From a bacterium (GTDB lineage: Bacteria; Hinthialibacterota; Hinthialibacteria; Hinthialibacterales; Hinthialibacteraceae): a stretch of DNA of 64,000 nucleotides. Shown piece after piece: positions 30,799-41,700 of the stretch (the first letter of the stretch is position 1; every line of letters begins with the position of its first letter). A program made the translations under genes and the position numbers. The stretch spans positions 672,001-736,000 of the forward strand of contig CAXXMV010000006.1 in NCBI GenBank assembly GCA_963662285.2, read 5' to 3'. The notes under the pieces were generated by a model. The model did no database searches. It was given only the letters and a program-made list of their open reading frames with translations, and had not been told where the DNA came from.

Positions 30799-32637
30799 AT
30801 GTCTGATTGGACGCCAATGCGCAGTTTTGCTCCCGATGTATTGGAAGCCAATCTACGTCTGCTTAGAGAGCATCATCCCGGTTTATTGGATAGACTCATT
30901 GCACTGATTGATGATGACAGCGTCCTACTACGAACTACAGAAGATGGTTATGCAGAATGCGCGGTTCTTGAAAATAATGAACTGTGCATTCTGATAAATA
31001 ACTCCGCCATTCAAAAATCGCTGCCGAATATTAGAAAATCGCTGCCGCCTAAATCCGCCCGATCAGAAGCCAGCCTGATCTTCGTTATGGGATGGGATTT
31101 AGGCTATGCATTCAAAATGATGTTCGATGAGTATCTGGATGGTTCATTATTAAAAGTCGCTGTTATTGTCGAACCCGATATCCGGCTCTTCGCCGCTTCA
31201 CTGGCGGTGCATTCATTTCAAAAAGAACTCGCATCAGACAACATCTTCTTTGCTATTGGCGCCAACTGGGCTGATGACTTACACTGTCTCGCCCAAGATG
31301 AACACCTGTTTTCCATCTCGCGCATCGAGGCTTTTTCTTCCTGCCCATCGGCAACTGTATATAATCCTCCCCTACAGATTCAGGTTCGGCGTATCGCGCA
31401 ACAGGCATTAGCCAGCGCTCAAAAGAAATTCGAAAATGATTTAACTCAAACCCAACATTATTACAATAACAAACCGCCCGAAGATATCAAAAAACTGTTA
31501 GCTATTGATTTCACCGGCGGCATGGCGGTCTATTATATCTACAAGCGCTTCCTGGATGAATGCGCCGCACAGGGAACCGAAGTGGTTTACCACAAACCAT
31601 CAGCCATCGGCGGCATCAGCCTGATCCAGGCTATTATCAAAGATAAGCCCGACGCCCTGGTATTCGTAAATCTCGCGCCGGAAATTTATGCGCCATTGGT
31701 TATATTGAATAAGTTGCGCTTGCCGCGCATGGTATGGTTTCTTGACGACCCGCATAATTTCATTGAAGAAGAAATCCGCTTTGGTCAGCATGATTTTATT
31801 TTCAGCTGGGATGATTCATACCAACAGTTCTTTCGTGCGCACAACGCCCAATCGGTGGATCATTTTCCTTACGTCGCCGACCTGGATAAAGCAACTGCGG
31901 TTGAACGCGCTGAATTTAAGTCACCCATTAGTTATATCGGCCAAGTGGGAAAACTCGTTCCAAAGTATCACAATCTGGATTCAACTACCGCTAAACTTGT
32001 GCAAAAAGCGGGCGAGCAAAAAGCGCTTGAGCCGCATCGCACCTATCATTCGCTGGTCAAACAGTATCAGGAAGATTATGGATTGAAAATTATTCTGAAT
32101 GATGATGACGAGGTTCCCAGGCGCATCTGCTACGCCATTTATATTGTGGGCAACGCCTTACGCCGTATCCATGTATTAGAGCGCGTCATGCCATACGGAC
32201 TCAAACTATACGGTAATCATGAGTGGCTCGATGTCCTGGGCGATCACCCGTTGCGTGAGTGCTATATGGGGCCGGCTGATCCACAAAAGGATGTACCGGA
32301 TATTTTTGTCTCCAGCATTATCAACCTGAACATCCATAGCCTCCACGCTTTAACCAGCCTCAACCAGCGCGATTTTAACTGTCCGCTGCTGGGGGCTTTT
32401 CTCTTAACCGATTGGGTAGAGGGCGCCGATGCATTTTTTGAACCGGATCGGGAAATGGCGTTCTATCATGACCTCGATGAGTTGGATGACAAAGTACGCT
32501 TCTATCTGGATAACGCCGACGCCCGCCAGCAGATCATCAACTGCGGCAGAGAGCGCGTGCTCCGTCAACACACCTACGCCGCACGCGTCCCCAAAGTTCT
32601 GGATACGCTTAGAGACCGTATTAGAGAACGGTATTAG
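30799..32637 (+). CDS. Maf/DUF115-like N-terminus + CgeB-family glycosyltransferase
   Basis: MGWDLGY...IVEPD N-terminal region; WFLDDPH, NLNIHS...LNQRDFN, QHTY. Confidence 0.8.
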   Translation: MSDWTPMRSFAPDVLEANLRLLREHHPGLLDRLIALIDDDSVLLRTTEDGYAECAVLENNELCILINNSAIQKSLPNIRKSLPPKSARSEASLIFVMGWDLGYAFKMMFDEYLDGSLLKVAVIVEPDIRLFAASLAVHSFQKELASDNIFFAIGANWADDLHCLAQDEHLFSISRIEAFSSCPSATVYNPPLQIQVRRIAQQALASAQKKFENDLTQTQHYYNNKPPEDIKKLLAIDFTGGMAVYYIYKRFLDECAAQGTEVVYHKPSAIGGISLIQAIIKDKPDALVFVNLAPEIYAPLVILNKLRLPRMVWFLDDPHNFIEEEIRFGQHDFIFSWDDSYQQFFRAHNAQSVDHFPYVADLDKATAVERAEFKSPISYIGQVGKLVPKYHNLDSTTAKLVQKAGEQKALEPHRTYHSLVKQYQEDYGLKIILNDDDEVPRRICYAIYIVGNALRRIHVLERVMPYGLKLYGNHEWLDVLGDHPLRECYMGPADPQKDVPDIFVSSIINLNIHSLHALTSLNQRDFNCPLLGAFLLTDWVEGADAFFEPDREMAFYHDLDELDDKVRFYLDNADARQQIINCGRERVLRQHTYAARVPKVLDTLRDRIRERY

Positions 32638-32641
32638 ACAT

Positions 32642-32742
32642 GTAGGGTAGGTCACGCCTTATCGACCCACCGTAAGCCAGTTCAGTCAACCAGGGTGGCT
32701 TGATCAAGGGCTGAGCGCATTGCGCTCTTGCCCTTGGCACCC
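32642..32742. repeat. GTAG-type REP plus TCAAGGG...GCCCTTGGCACCC repeat
   Basis: Hairpin 32642-32671; 50-bp unit 32693-32742 recurs at 34047, 50459 and, shortened, at 16732. Confidence 0.8.
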
Positions 32743-32863
32743 TGCCCCTACCCATGCAAATAAATCACCTGGATGCATAATATATTTATCAATATTGTTA
32801 GCTCAACACAATCCTCAGACGTTTATTATATAGAAGCGTGAATCATGAACGGGGAGACCGCCT

Positions 32864-33439
32864 TTGGATGACAACTTGCTGATTGAACGGGCTTTGCAAG
32901 GAGATCAATCCTGTTTCACCGCTTTGATCGAACGGCATCGCCGTTATATCTATTGCATCGCCTATAAGATCACGCTTCATGAAGAAGATGCGCTGGACGT
33001 TTGTCAATTGGTTTATATCAAACTGATGAACCGGCTTGATTCATACCAGCCCGGTGGCTCATTCAAATCATGGCTGGCGGTTATGACCGCTAACACCGCC
33101 ATCGACTTTCTGCGCAGGTCGTGTAGAAAAGAACATGCCACCGATCCCGTGGTTTTATGCGGGATAGTCGAATCATCCGTCGAAGGCGAAATGGCAAGCA
33201 TCCGCCTGGATATTGATCAACAACGGCGTATGGAGCAAGTGCAACATGCCATGGTGCAGCTCTCTCCCCAGCAACGCGCCATATTCTCGCTGCGCTTTTA
33301 TGAAGATATGGCAACCCGCGATATCGCTAATGAATTGGGCGTCACCAATAAACAGATACGGGTTCAACTTTGCCGCGCCGTCCAAAAACTGCGCGACGCG
33401 TTGAACACGGTTGACGAGTATGAAAAACAGACAGGATAA
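32864..33439 (+). CDS. ECF RNA polymerase sigma factor
   Basis: GDQSCFTALIERH, DALDVCQ, FKSWL, LSPQQRAIFSLR, IANELG. Confidence 0.9.
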   Translation: MDDNLLIERALQGDQSCFTALIERHRRYIYCIAYKITLHEEDALDVCQLVYIKLMNRLDSYQPGGSFKSWLAVMTANTAIDFLRRSCRKEHATDPVVLCGIVESSVEGEMASIRLDIDQQRRMEQVQHAMVQLSPQQRAIFSLRFYEDMATRDIANELGVTNKQIRVQLCRAVQKLRDALNTVDEYEKQTG

Positions 33440-33443
33440 GAAG

Positions 33444-34022
33444 ATGGACGAATCACGAAAGAATAACAATGTTCAATGGGATGCAATCGCGTCATACATG
33501 GATGGCGACATGGGCAATGACGAGCGCACCGCGTTCGAGCGGCGCCTGGCGGAGGATGCGGCATTACGCCATGATCTCCAATCATGGCGTGACGCGATGG
33601 AGGCGGCGCAGCAGTGGTTTGATGACGATGCGCCCGGAGTGGAGCGCGTTGCAGCGCTGGCTGTTCCGACTATGCCCCGGTTGGATAAGCCATTCCGGTT
33701 TGCGTCATGGCGCAAGTACGCTGCGGCGGCTTTGTTTATCGTCGGTTTCGGCTTGGGCATGTTGACCCAGAAAGAGATCAACTTCGTAGAGCCTCCAAGG
33801 CAGTTGAACCATGACTCCAACCAGACCACCATCAAACAACCATCGCCCATCGCAACGCCCCGCGTACAGCCGCCGCATCAATCACAACCGGAATTAGCTC
33901 TGAATGATGAACCGACCTTCACCCGCCAGGAAGACGGCAAGGTAATAATCGAAACCACCCTGCACGATTCAGGCGCACGGGCTACCTGGATTGTGGATGG
34001 TTCTTTTCAACCGGTTCGTTAA
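33444..34022 (+). CDS. Putative anti-sigma factor (single TM)
   Basis: IASYMDGDM...ERTAFERRL N-terminus, TM segment, directly follows the ECF gene. Confidence 0.78.
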   Translation: MDESRKNNNVQWDAIASYMDGDMGNDERTAFERRLAEDAALRHDLQSWRDAMEAAQQWFDDDAPGVERVAALAVPTMPRLDKPFRFASWRKYAAAALFIVGFGLGMLTQKEINFVEPPRQLNHDSNQTTIKQPSPIATPRVQPPHQSQPELALNDEPTFTRQEDGKVIIETTLHDSGARATWIVDGSFQPVR

Positions 34023-34046
34023 TATGAGGGGTTTTTACCTTAGAAT

Positions 34047-34096
34047 GGGTGGCTTGATCAAGGGTTGGACGCGATGCGGTCTTGCCCTTGGCACCC
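34047..34096 (+). repeat. TCAAGGG...GCCCTTGGCACCC repeat copy
   Basis: Near-identical to 32693-32742. Confidence 0.8.
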
Positions 34097-34203
34097 AGTG
34101 TACCGGCTAGAAGCCGATGCTCCCCTGTTTAATGCTCCCCTGTTTGATGCTTTCTTGGGGGGAGAATTTGAGAATAAATCACTAAACCAATGGAGAGAAT
34201 ATC

Positions 34204-36141
34204 ATGTTAAAACAGACTGCCAAAAATCTCTTTTACATCTTTTTGTTAACGATATCAATCAGCCTAGCCTATGCTGATAATCAGGATGAGCAGGCGGAAT
34301 TATTAGATAACCTTGAGTATGATCAGATAATCCATAGCCCGAACCTGGGCAGCGGGACGCTTGCTCCCGGTGAAACAAAAAATGTCAATGGTTTTGAGTT
34401 GAAATGGATTCCAACAGAGATTGATAGAAAAGAATCATGGGGAAAAATAATTATTAGCGGCCCCAAAAACGGGTATGTTGCGTATGACATTCAAAATGTT
34501 TATGCTGAATTTTCCAGAAGCGAACCATATCAACATTACTTCTCTAATTATGGTTTTTTTTATATCGATAATGTTTATTTTTATTTTAATTTCAAATGCA
34601 AAACTCGCGTAAGCCTTGGAGAGATACGTGATTCTGAATATCCCGAAGGATTGCTGCTAGATTTCTATATGCATCGCCAATCAGATAAACTCCGTACTTC
34701 CGCATGTCCAATGAAATGTCCGCTTTACGTATCGACATTAATCCCGGTTCAATTGGATGATTTGCATATCGTATTATTCAAGGAGGAATTTGAAAATCCA
34801 GACGGAAAGAAGCAATACAAATTTGAAATCACCGACAGTAATAGCAAGGAAAAATGGACTCTGTCAGTTGTCCCGGGAGGACAAATCAATATCGGGCGCT
34901 ACCTTTTTAAGATCAATGAACTCCACCTTTTCCATATAACTAAAACTGTACCATTATCTGTTGATGTCAAGGAAGACCTTTCTGTTAAAGGGAAAAACGC
35001 GTATGTGAAACATTTGGATGTTGAGCGATATACCAAATATATTACTTTCTTTGAAAGTCTTTCTAGAGATTATGGCATGCAAGTAAAGTGGGTAGCATTT
35101 AATAAAAATCATCCCGAATCGATTGAAAGCGCTAAAAATTTTACATTTAAAGAAGGCTACTTACTATCTAGTGAAAATATGGTTGAAAAAAAGGATAAAT
35201 ACGTTGAAAAATTGCTGAACAAACTATTCAACAAGATCAATGAAGAATTTCCAGAAAACGCTCTGGAGTTGCAATGGGAAAATCCCACAACCCTAGTGGT
35301 TCGGCCAAAAAACTACGATATCCTATTAGCGAAGCAGGAGGAAGCAAAGAAACAAAAAGCGCTTAAAGAAGAATTTATTAATCAACATCAACTGACAACC
35401 AAGGTATATGAAATTGGTTTATTAAGTCCAAAAGCAACCGCCGAACTTATATCCCAAAAATTGAAGACCTATAACATTTATCATTCAACAACAACAACGC
35501 CTATATGCATCATTCGCCCTGAAGAAGAAGCGCCGTATACTAATTATAATAAGATAAAGACCCTTAAAGAATACGCCGCAGCTGATGAGAAATCCGGTAT
35601 GCTTTTCGTCACCGCTTTACCTCAAACCCATGAAGCCATCGGGGAGACGCTGGCTAAGCTTAACGCCTATGTTGAAAATTTCCAGCGGCATAGCATCCCA
35701 AAATCATACCCCATCGACATCATTCTGCTATCTGGCGAGAAACTGGATAAAAAGAAGGGTGATGAATCATCTCAAATCACGTCTGACCAATTGAGAGAAT
35801 ACAATATTTCCATCAATGACCTGGAAATATTCGGGCTGAACTCCATCACCGAATTGGCTAGAACCAAAGTGCAGTTAATCGGTGAGCGAGGCGAAATCGG
35901 CAGTTTGCAAGCGGCGTTATCCGATAATTACCATTGTAAGATAAATTTCCTGGATACCCGCAAGCCATATATCATGGTCAAAGGCGGCCTTTACAAGAAG
36001 GACGCTGAGACGCCCATCGTCGAAAACACCATCTTCCTAGAAGAAGCCAAACCGGCCCTGCTGGGGGTAACCAATATGAAAGAAGCCTTGATTTTGATTG
36101 TGAAGATTCCGGGGCAAAAGCGAATGCAGAAAAACGATTAG
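34204..36141 (+). CDS. Secreted protein with a secretin-N/NolW-like module near the C-terminus
   Basis: Signal peptide; TKVYEI....PK...ELI and ADEKSGMLFVTA.P..H..I...L..L pattern. Confidence 0.55.
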   Translation: MLKQTAKNLFYIFLLTISISLAYADNQDEQAELLDNLEYDQIIHSPNLGSGTLAPGETKNVNGFELKWIPTEIDRKESWGKIIISGPKNGYVAYDIQNVYAEFSRSEPYQHYFSNYGFFYIDNVYFYFNFKCKTRVSLGEIRDSEYPEGLLLDFYMHRQSDKLRTSACPMKCPLYVSTLIPVQLDDLHIVLFKEEFENPDGKKQYKFEITDSNSKEKWTLSVVPGGQINIGRYLFKINELHLFHITKTVPLSVDVKEDLSVKGKNAYVKHLDVERYTKYITFFESLSRDYGMQVKWVAFNKNHPESIESAKNFTFKEGYLLSSENMVEKKDKYVEKLLNKLFNKINEEFPENALELQWENPTTLVVRPKNYDILLAKQEEAKKQKALKEEFINQHQLTTKVYEIGLLSPKATAELISQKLKTYNIYHSTTTTPICIIRPEEEAPYTNYNKIKTLKEYAAADEKSGMLFVTALPQTHEAIGETLAKLNAYVENFQRHSIPKSYPIDIILLSGEKLDKKKGDESSQITSDQLREYNISINDLEIFGLNSITELARTKVQLIGERGEIGSLQAALSDNYHCKINFLDTRKPYIMVKGGLYKKDAETPIVENTIFLEEAKPALLGVTNMKEALILIVKIPGQKRMQKND

Positions 36142-36224
36142 GGGGGGGGGAAGCGCCATTATTATACGTAGGTGGTTTTGGTGGGTCATAAAACGCGACC
36201 CACTCTACGCGAAATACTCAAAAC

Positions 36225-37745
36225 TCATCGTCGTTTGGCCATAACCATGCGGCTGATTTTTTTCTTTTTCGTAGACCCCACATTGCGGACTTTATCTGGA
36301 TCAATTGAGTTGCGGGAGGCCAGGTCTTCATCAAGTTTTTGCTGAAGACCTTCCTGCTTGTTATAACGCTTGATGGCGTCGTTGCACATTTTATGCTGCA
36401 CATCGACCAGTTTCTCCTGGCTGCGTACCACATCTAATTTACGTCGGTGCATTTCAAGCTTTTGTTGAATCTGGATTTTCTTCGCCATCATTTCTTCATA
36501 TTCAGGAGAATTAGGATCAAGAGTTTCAGACGATGATTCAATTTCACTCATCATCTGCTTTAGTTCATCCTGTACGCAACGGAATTCCTGTTCAAACATT
36601 TCTCCAGTATATTCCAGAACATCCTTATGAAGATTCAATATTATGCTTTGGCGCAAGCGCACGCCATGTTGATATGATGGCAATCTATTAAAATCAAAAG
36701 CCACAGCGCTTCTGGCGCGGGCGTATTGTCCCAGATTATTCTTTATCATCTGAATAATTTGCTGAGTATGCTTGGCATGTAAAAGCCCTAGTTTGATCTG
36801 GATTAAAGCGCGCAGATATTTGGGAAACTCAACCAGTATAGGCCGATCCTGTAAATGATAATTAATCAGCATTTCGATCTCACGCAGATCATCAATCGCT
36901 TTGCCTAAAGATAATTTGGCGCGTTCATGCCGTTCCTTGAATTCAACGGTCTTGGTTGTGTCTCCATATCCATTATTAACCAGTTTTTGAATAAAATATT
37001 TCGACATTTCCAACAACAAGTTGCCAGTCATCTCGTTGTATTGAACAACGTCGTATGCTTGATCCAAAGCGGTTGTAAAGAATGCTTTCAGGGGGTCTTC
37101 ATCAGACATGTCGGCGAACCGCATACGCATGGCTTTCACTTCTTCCGGAGAGAATATCAGCGTAATCTCCTGCCGAAGCGAATTATCTCCCTTCTTCTTC
37201 AATGAAGGGAAGAAATGCATCATACGAGTTCGGATTGCTATAACTCCATCCGTCTTTTGTAGGCAAAGCTGGCTTTGAATATCCAACAGAGAGACGAAAA
37301 ACGCCGATACTTCCTTGGTGCTTTTACCGGCTAATTCTCCATCTATATTCTCCATTATCTCGTAAATCTCTTTTTGCTTGCCTTTGATAATGGCGACGCT
37401 GTCTACTGCACCATCTACACCATCAGAAAAAGCGTCCTCATCTTTATAGGAATCTTTGACAGTATTATGGATCACATCGCGAAGAGCTTCCTGTATATTA
37501 CCCCCTTTTTCAATTTGCGAAATCAGCGTATTTGTAAGACGATCAGTATCATCTGCTTGATCATCATCTAATATTTCATCATCTTCAAATTCATCTTCAA
37601 ATTCATCTTCAGCTTCTTGAAATATCTTCTCAACTTTCATTAATTCTTCAACCTGGAGAGAATTCACCTGATTAGTACTCTTTTTACCCTGTGCAGAAGA
37701 TTTCTTTAGCATATCAATATCGCCTTTACGCGTCTTAATCATCAA
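36225..37745 (-). CDS. Hypothetical coiled-coil protein with acidic N-terminal tract
   Basis: 506-aa ORF, helical; no family recognised. Confidence 0.7.
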   Translation of the reverse strand: MMIKTRKGDIDMLKKSSAQGKKSTNQVNSLQVEELMKVEKIFQEAEDEFEDEFEDDEILDDDQADDTDRLTNTLISQIEKGGNIQEALRDVIHNTVKDSYKDEDAFSDGVDGAVDSVAIIKGKQKEIYEIMENIDGELAGKSTKEVSAFFVSLLDIQSQLCLQKTDGVIAIRTRMMHFFPSLKKKGDNSLRQEITLIFSPEEVKAMRMRFADMSDEDPLKAFFTTALDQAYDVVQYNEMTGNLLLEMSKYFIQKLVNNGYGDTTKTVEFKERHERAKLSLGKAIDDLREIEMLINYHLQDRPILVEFPKYLRALIQIKLGLLHAKHTQQIIQMIKNNLGQYARARSAVAFDFNRLPSYQHGVRLRQSIILNLHKDVLEYTGEMFEQEFRCVQDELKQMMSEIESSSETLDPNSPEYEEMMAKKIQIQQKLEMHRRKLDVVRSQEKLVDVQHKMCNDAIKRYNKQEGLQQKLDEDLASRNSIDPDKVRNVGSTKKKKISRMVMAKRR

Positions 37746-37875
37746 TATTTTGTATATATATAGTTTATTATACTTGAAACTGCAAAAAAAATCGAACTAT
37801 TAGAGCGAGAAATCTTCAAAAAAAAACTTGAACGGCTATTCGAACAAAATCAAAAGTTAAAATAGACGAAAAACG

Positions 37876-37913
37876 TGCAATATTAATAGCATCAAGATGC
37901 TATTAATATTGCA
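37876..37913. promoter_or_regulatory. Perfect 18-bp inverted repeat in a divergent intergenic region
   Basis: TGCAATATTAATAGCATC-AA-GATGCTATTAATATTGCA; function inferred from position only. Confidence 0.45.
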
Positions 37914-38144
37914 AATATATACTTAAATAAGGAATAGCCTATTTCTCCACTATTCCTTATCTCACGAATTTTGTGCTGCTTACCGATTCAATCAAGCCGG
38001 AATTCGCTTCCTGATAATTATAACAAGGCTTTTTTACTTGAGTTAAATGACATAAACTTTTTTTTACAGATTGATGATATAATTTGCGCAGATATCTATT
38101 ATTCCTAACTTAATCTTTTCACCTGTAAATTTTGGAGTTCAGTA

Positions 38145-38726
38145 ATGGAAGAGAATAAGATTAAAAACCGTATTCTGCTTTGTGAAGACGATCTGACCAG
38201 CCGTCTTCTTCTTTCAACCGTTCTTAAAAAACGCGGTTACGTTATTGTCGGCGAAGCAGAGACTGGAATTGAAGCTATTAACCTTTATGACCAGATGAAG
38301 CCCGATATCGTCTTACTGGATATCCAAATGCCCAAAGGCGGCGGAATTACCACGCTCCGTTTTATGCGCGAATTAAACAAAGAACCTTATATAATAATGT
38401 TAACCGGCGACGATACGCCGCATTCAGTTAACACGACCAAGAGTCTTGGCGCCAACGAGTACGTCTTAAAAACATCGGTCAATGATGCTTCATTTCTCGA
38501 CCGATTAGCTGTTGCCAGCGGATTATACCGGATCGAACCTCTAAAAGAACCTTCTGAAAATAAAGATCATGATGATAATAATGATAACGAGATTAAAGAT
38601 GAAGAAATGAAAAGTTCTGAATCTAAGCCGGAAGGCAATGAAAAAGATATTGCAAAACCTCCTGATTTCGAACCGATAGAAAAGTCAAAAACACCTCGTA
38701 GAATGGTGCGCTACAAACGCCAATAA
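38145..38726 (+). CDS. Response regulator (receiver domain + low-complexity tail)
   Basis: LLCEDD, LLDIQMP, MLTG, YVLK. Confidence 0.88.
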   Translation: MEENKIKNRILLCEDDLTSRLLLSTVLKKRGYVIVGEAETGIEAINLYDQMKPDIVLLDIQMPKGGGITTLRFMRELNKEPYIIMLTGDDTPHSVNTTKSLGANEYVLKTSVNDASFLDRLAVASGLYRIEPLKEPSENKDHDDNNDNEIKDEEMKSSESKPEGNEKDIAKPPDFEPIEKSKTPRRMVRYKRQ

Positions 38727-38745
38727 TCAAAGGAATATTACAAAT

Positions 38746-41700
38746 ATGAGACGCACTTATTTAACTAATCCATCATCTTTCCATATAATTATTTTATTTA
38801 CCTTATCCTCATTTTTTTTTGGCATCAATCAGACCAGCGCAAGCCAAATGGGCTGGTCAATTCATTGCTCTAATTCAGATGAATGGAAACTCGTATCCGG
38901 CGATGGATCTTTCACCAAAAGCCAAGACCGATTCACGGCCTTCGCTATCTCCAACACTACCGCAACATGGCGCCTAACCACCGAACCAATCTGGATTTAT
39001 AAATTTTCTGAACTTAAACTGCGCTATCGCTTCAATGGCGCATCAAATCTAAACCAACCAGTCTTATGGTTGCAACCCGGATCAATTGGCCCGGTTACTC
39101 CTGGCGCCAATAACCTGGAAAATCCACTAGCCCGGTCCGGCGCCATGCCGTTATCAATCCCACCCGGCCAGATCAATGGCCAGATCCATGAGTTTAGCGT
39201 CAAAGTGCATCCCACCATAAAGACTGATCAGATAGACCAAATCACTGTGACTCTACAGTCGCTCAACCAACCAGTCTCATTAGAAATTTTTGAACTTTCA
39301 TTCATCAATCCCGATCTGCAATCGGACGCAATAATTTCCTTAGACAACTTAACACCTCTGCCAGATTCCCGGTTTGATCAGGTTATTTCTCCATTAATCC
39401 TCGATCACGCCGATACGCCGCTCAGTCTTCTGACCGACAATCATTCATCTCCACCGGAGAGGGTGCAATGCGCCGCGATTCCTTTTCAAATGCCGCAATC
39501 CAACACAATCCATGCCACAGACCTTAGCCAACGGGGCGCCATTGAACTGGATATCAACCAATCGTGCAGCGAGATATTCCTATTGATGAGTTGCGATCTG
39601 GTGGGAACCGATGACGGATTTGGTTTCTCTCCGCGCACTAAAATAATCGAGCCTGAACGCTTGATAGTACAGTTGGAATATGATGACGGCGCTATAGACC
39701 ATGCTTTTCCCTACAATCTGAATTATTCCGGTTTCGTGGTTAATGCCAGCCAGGTTTGTTCCTACGTCATACCATGCCATGCTCAAAAAACGCTCCAACA
39801 ACTTCGCATCGTTGATATGATGTCTTATGGAAGAGTGATTCTACTTGCGGCCTCAATAAACGCGGGAGCCAAACAACTAGCGACTATTCCTCATGTGCGC
39901 TACCCCAAGAGTCTGCCATCACCAGCCATAAGCCAAATCCCCATTTCCGCGTCCATCGTAGTTCAGGATAACCGCTATATCAAAATCGATAACCACGCTT
40001 ATCGAATGGAGATCGACGCCCGCAGTGGATGCCGTATTACATCTCTGTATCATAAAATCGCTCAAAAAGAGATGCTCTCCCAACCTAGCGCCTTATTCGC
40101 CCTGCAAGCCGGAGGTCTTACAATTTCACCGGATCAATTGCATTTTGAAACCTTCAACGCTTCTTCCGACAACCTGGAACTGGTCTATTCCATCAAGACT
40201 GAGGGCGGCCAACTCGGCGCCAGAGTTAACCTGAAATCCATCACCGCTTCCGAGAGCGCTTTATCCTGCATCATCGAAAACCATAGTTATAACGCCCAGT
40301 CAATCCGCCTGCGGTTCCCCGATCTTCAAGGACTCAAAATCAGCCCTGATCCTGATGATGATTTCTATTTATACCCCCGTAAACGGGCGGCCTGGAGTAA
40401 TCAGCCAGTTAAACTGGGCAGCGAGCATTCCGGTGAGTTCCCGCTTCAGTTTATGGATTTATATTCAGAATCACTGGCCTGCGGAATAGCCCTGCATTCA
40501 CGCGACCAGCATTTGATCGTTAAAAAATACCTCTTCGAAAAAGATCAATCAGGCGTGCGTATGGCCATAGAATACGGCGCCAACCAACCCATCACCATCA
40601 AACCCAAACAAGGTTTTGCCACCCCGCCCTCAGTTCTCCAATTTCACTCCGGCGATTGGCATGCCGCTTTTCAATCATACAAAACTTGGTGCAATACATG
40701 GTATCAACCAAATCCGGCAACCCGGTCTATCCTCAAGGATGTATTCATCTGCCGCAGAGATTACCCCATCGGAGGCACAGGATATCTTTTCGATTTAAAA
40801 AATAACCACTACACACTACCCGACCTGATCGAAGAATCAAATCAAGACTTGGGCGGAATCGATATGATCGATATCTCCAGCTGGGCTTATTCAGAAAAAT
40901 TTGGCCGGGTGGGAGAATATGAAAAATACGAACTGGGAGGCAAAGAAGATTTCCGCCAGAGCATCCAGCAGAGCCATGACCTCAATATCCCGGTTGGACT
41001 CTATTTCGAAAGTTATCTGCTCGATCCCCGCTCGACTGCCGGAAGCCAGTACGGTAAGGACTGGCAGGTAATCGACAAAAACTATAAACCAAAAACATGG
41101 CAGGGCAATGAGGAGATGTATATGTGCGCCTTCGCCCCGGGTTGGAGAAATTTCCTCAGCCAATCCATGTTGAGCGTTGCCAATGATACTGGAGTAGATG
41201 CGGTGTATATGGATCAATACGGTTATGGAAATAGAAACAATACCTGCTTCGCTCCTAACCATAACCATCCCCTGGGAGAACACCCCATCCTGGGAGAGCA
41301 TGGCATGCTTCGTCAGGTGCGGCAGACGCTTAATAAATCAGAACGTCCTGTGGCCCTGTATACCGAACAGGTTCCCAACGATATTTCATCGCAATACGTA
41401 GATGCCGCGTTCGACTATAGTTTTTGGGGCGGTCGCCATTACCAGAGCCAGGCCAAATTACACTTATTCCGCTTCGCTTTCCCTTCTTTCAAAGTAGTGC
41501 AGCTGTTCCACCCCGGAATTGATCCCCGCGCCGCCAGCGCTGAAGACGCCAAATTATGCTTCTTCTATGGTGAAGCTATGTGGTTGAAAGGCCGCGCCAA
41601 ATCATGGTTCAGCAGTGAATGCCGCCAATTCATCAGCAAATCACACCGCATTTTTCAGGATCATATCGGCGCCTTTACCGCACCGGATGTGGAACCAATG

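Noticed and set aside
36141-36150. G10 homopolymer as a phase-variation tract
   Set aside because: It lies at and after the stop codon between convergent genes, so no coding or promoter effect is evident.
37559-37612. Short tandem TCATCTTCAAAT repeats
   Set aside because: They simply encode the acidic EDEF tract of the coiled-coil protein.
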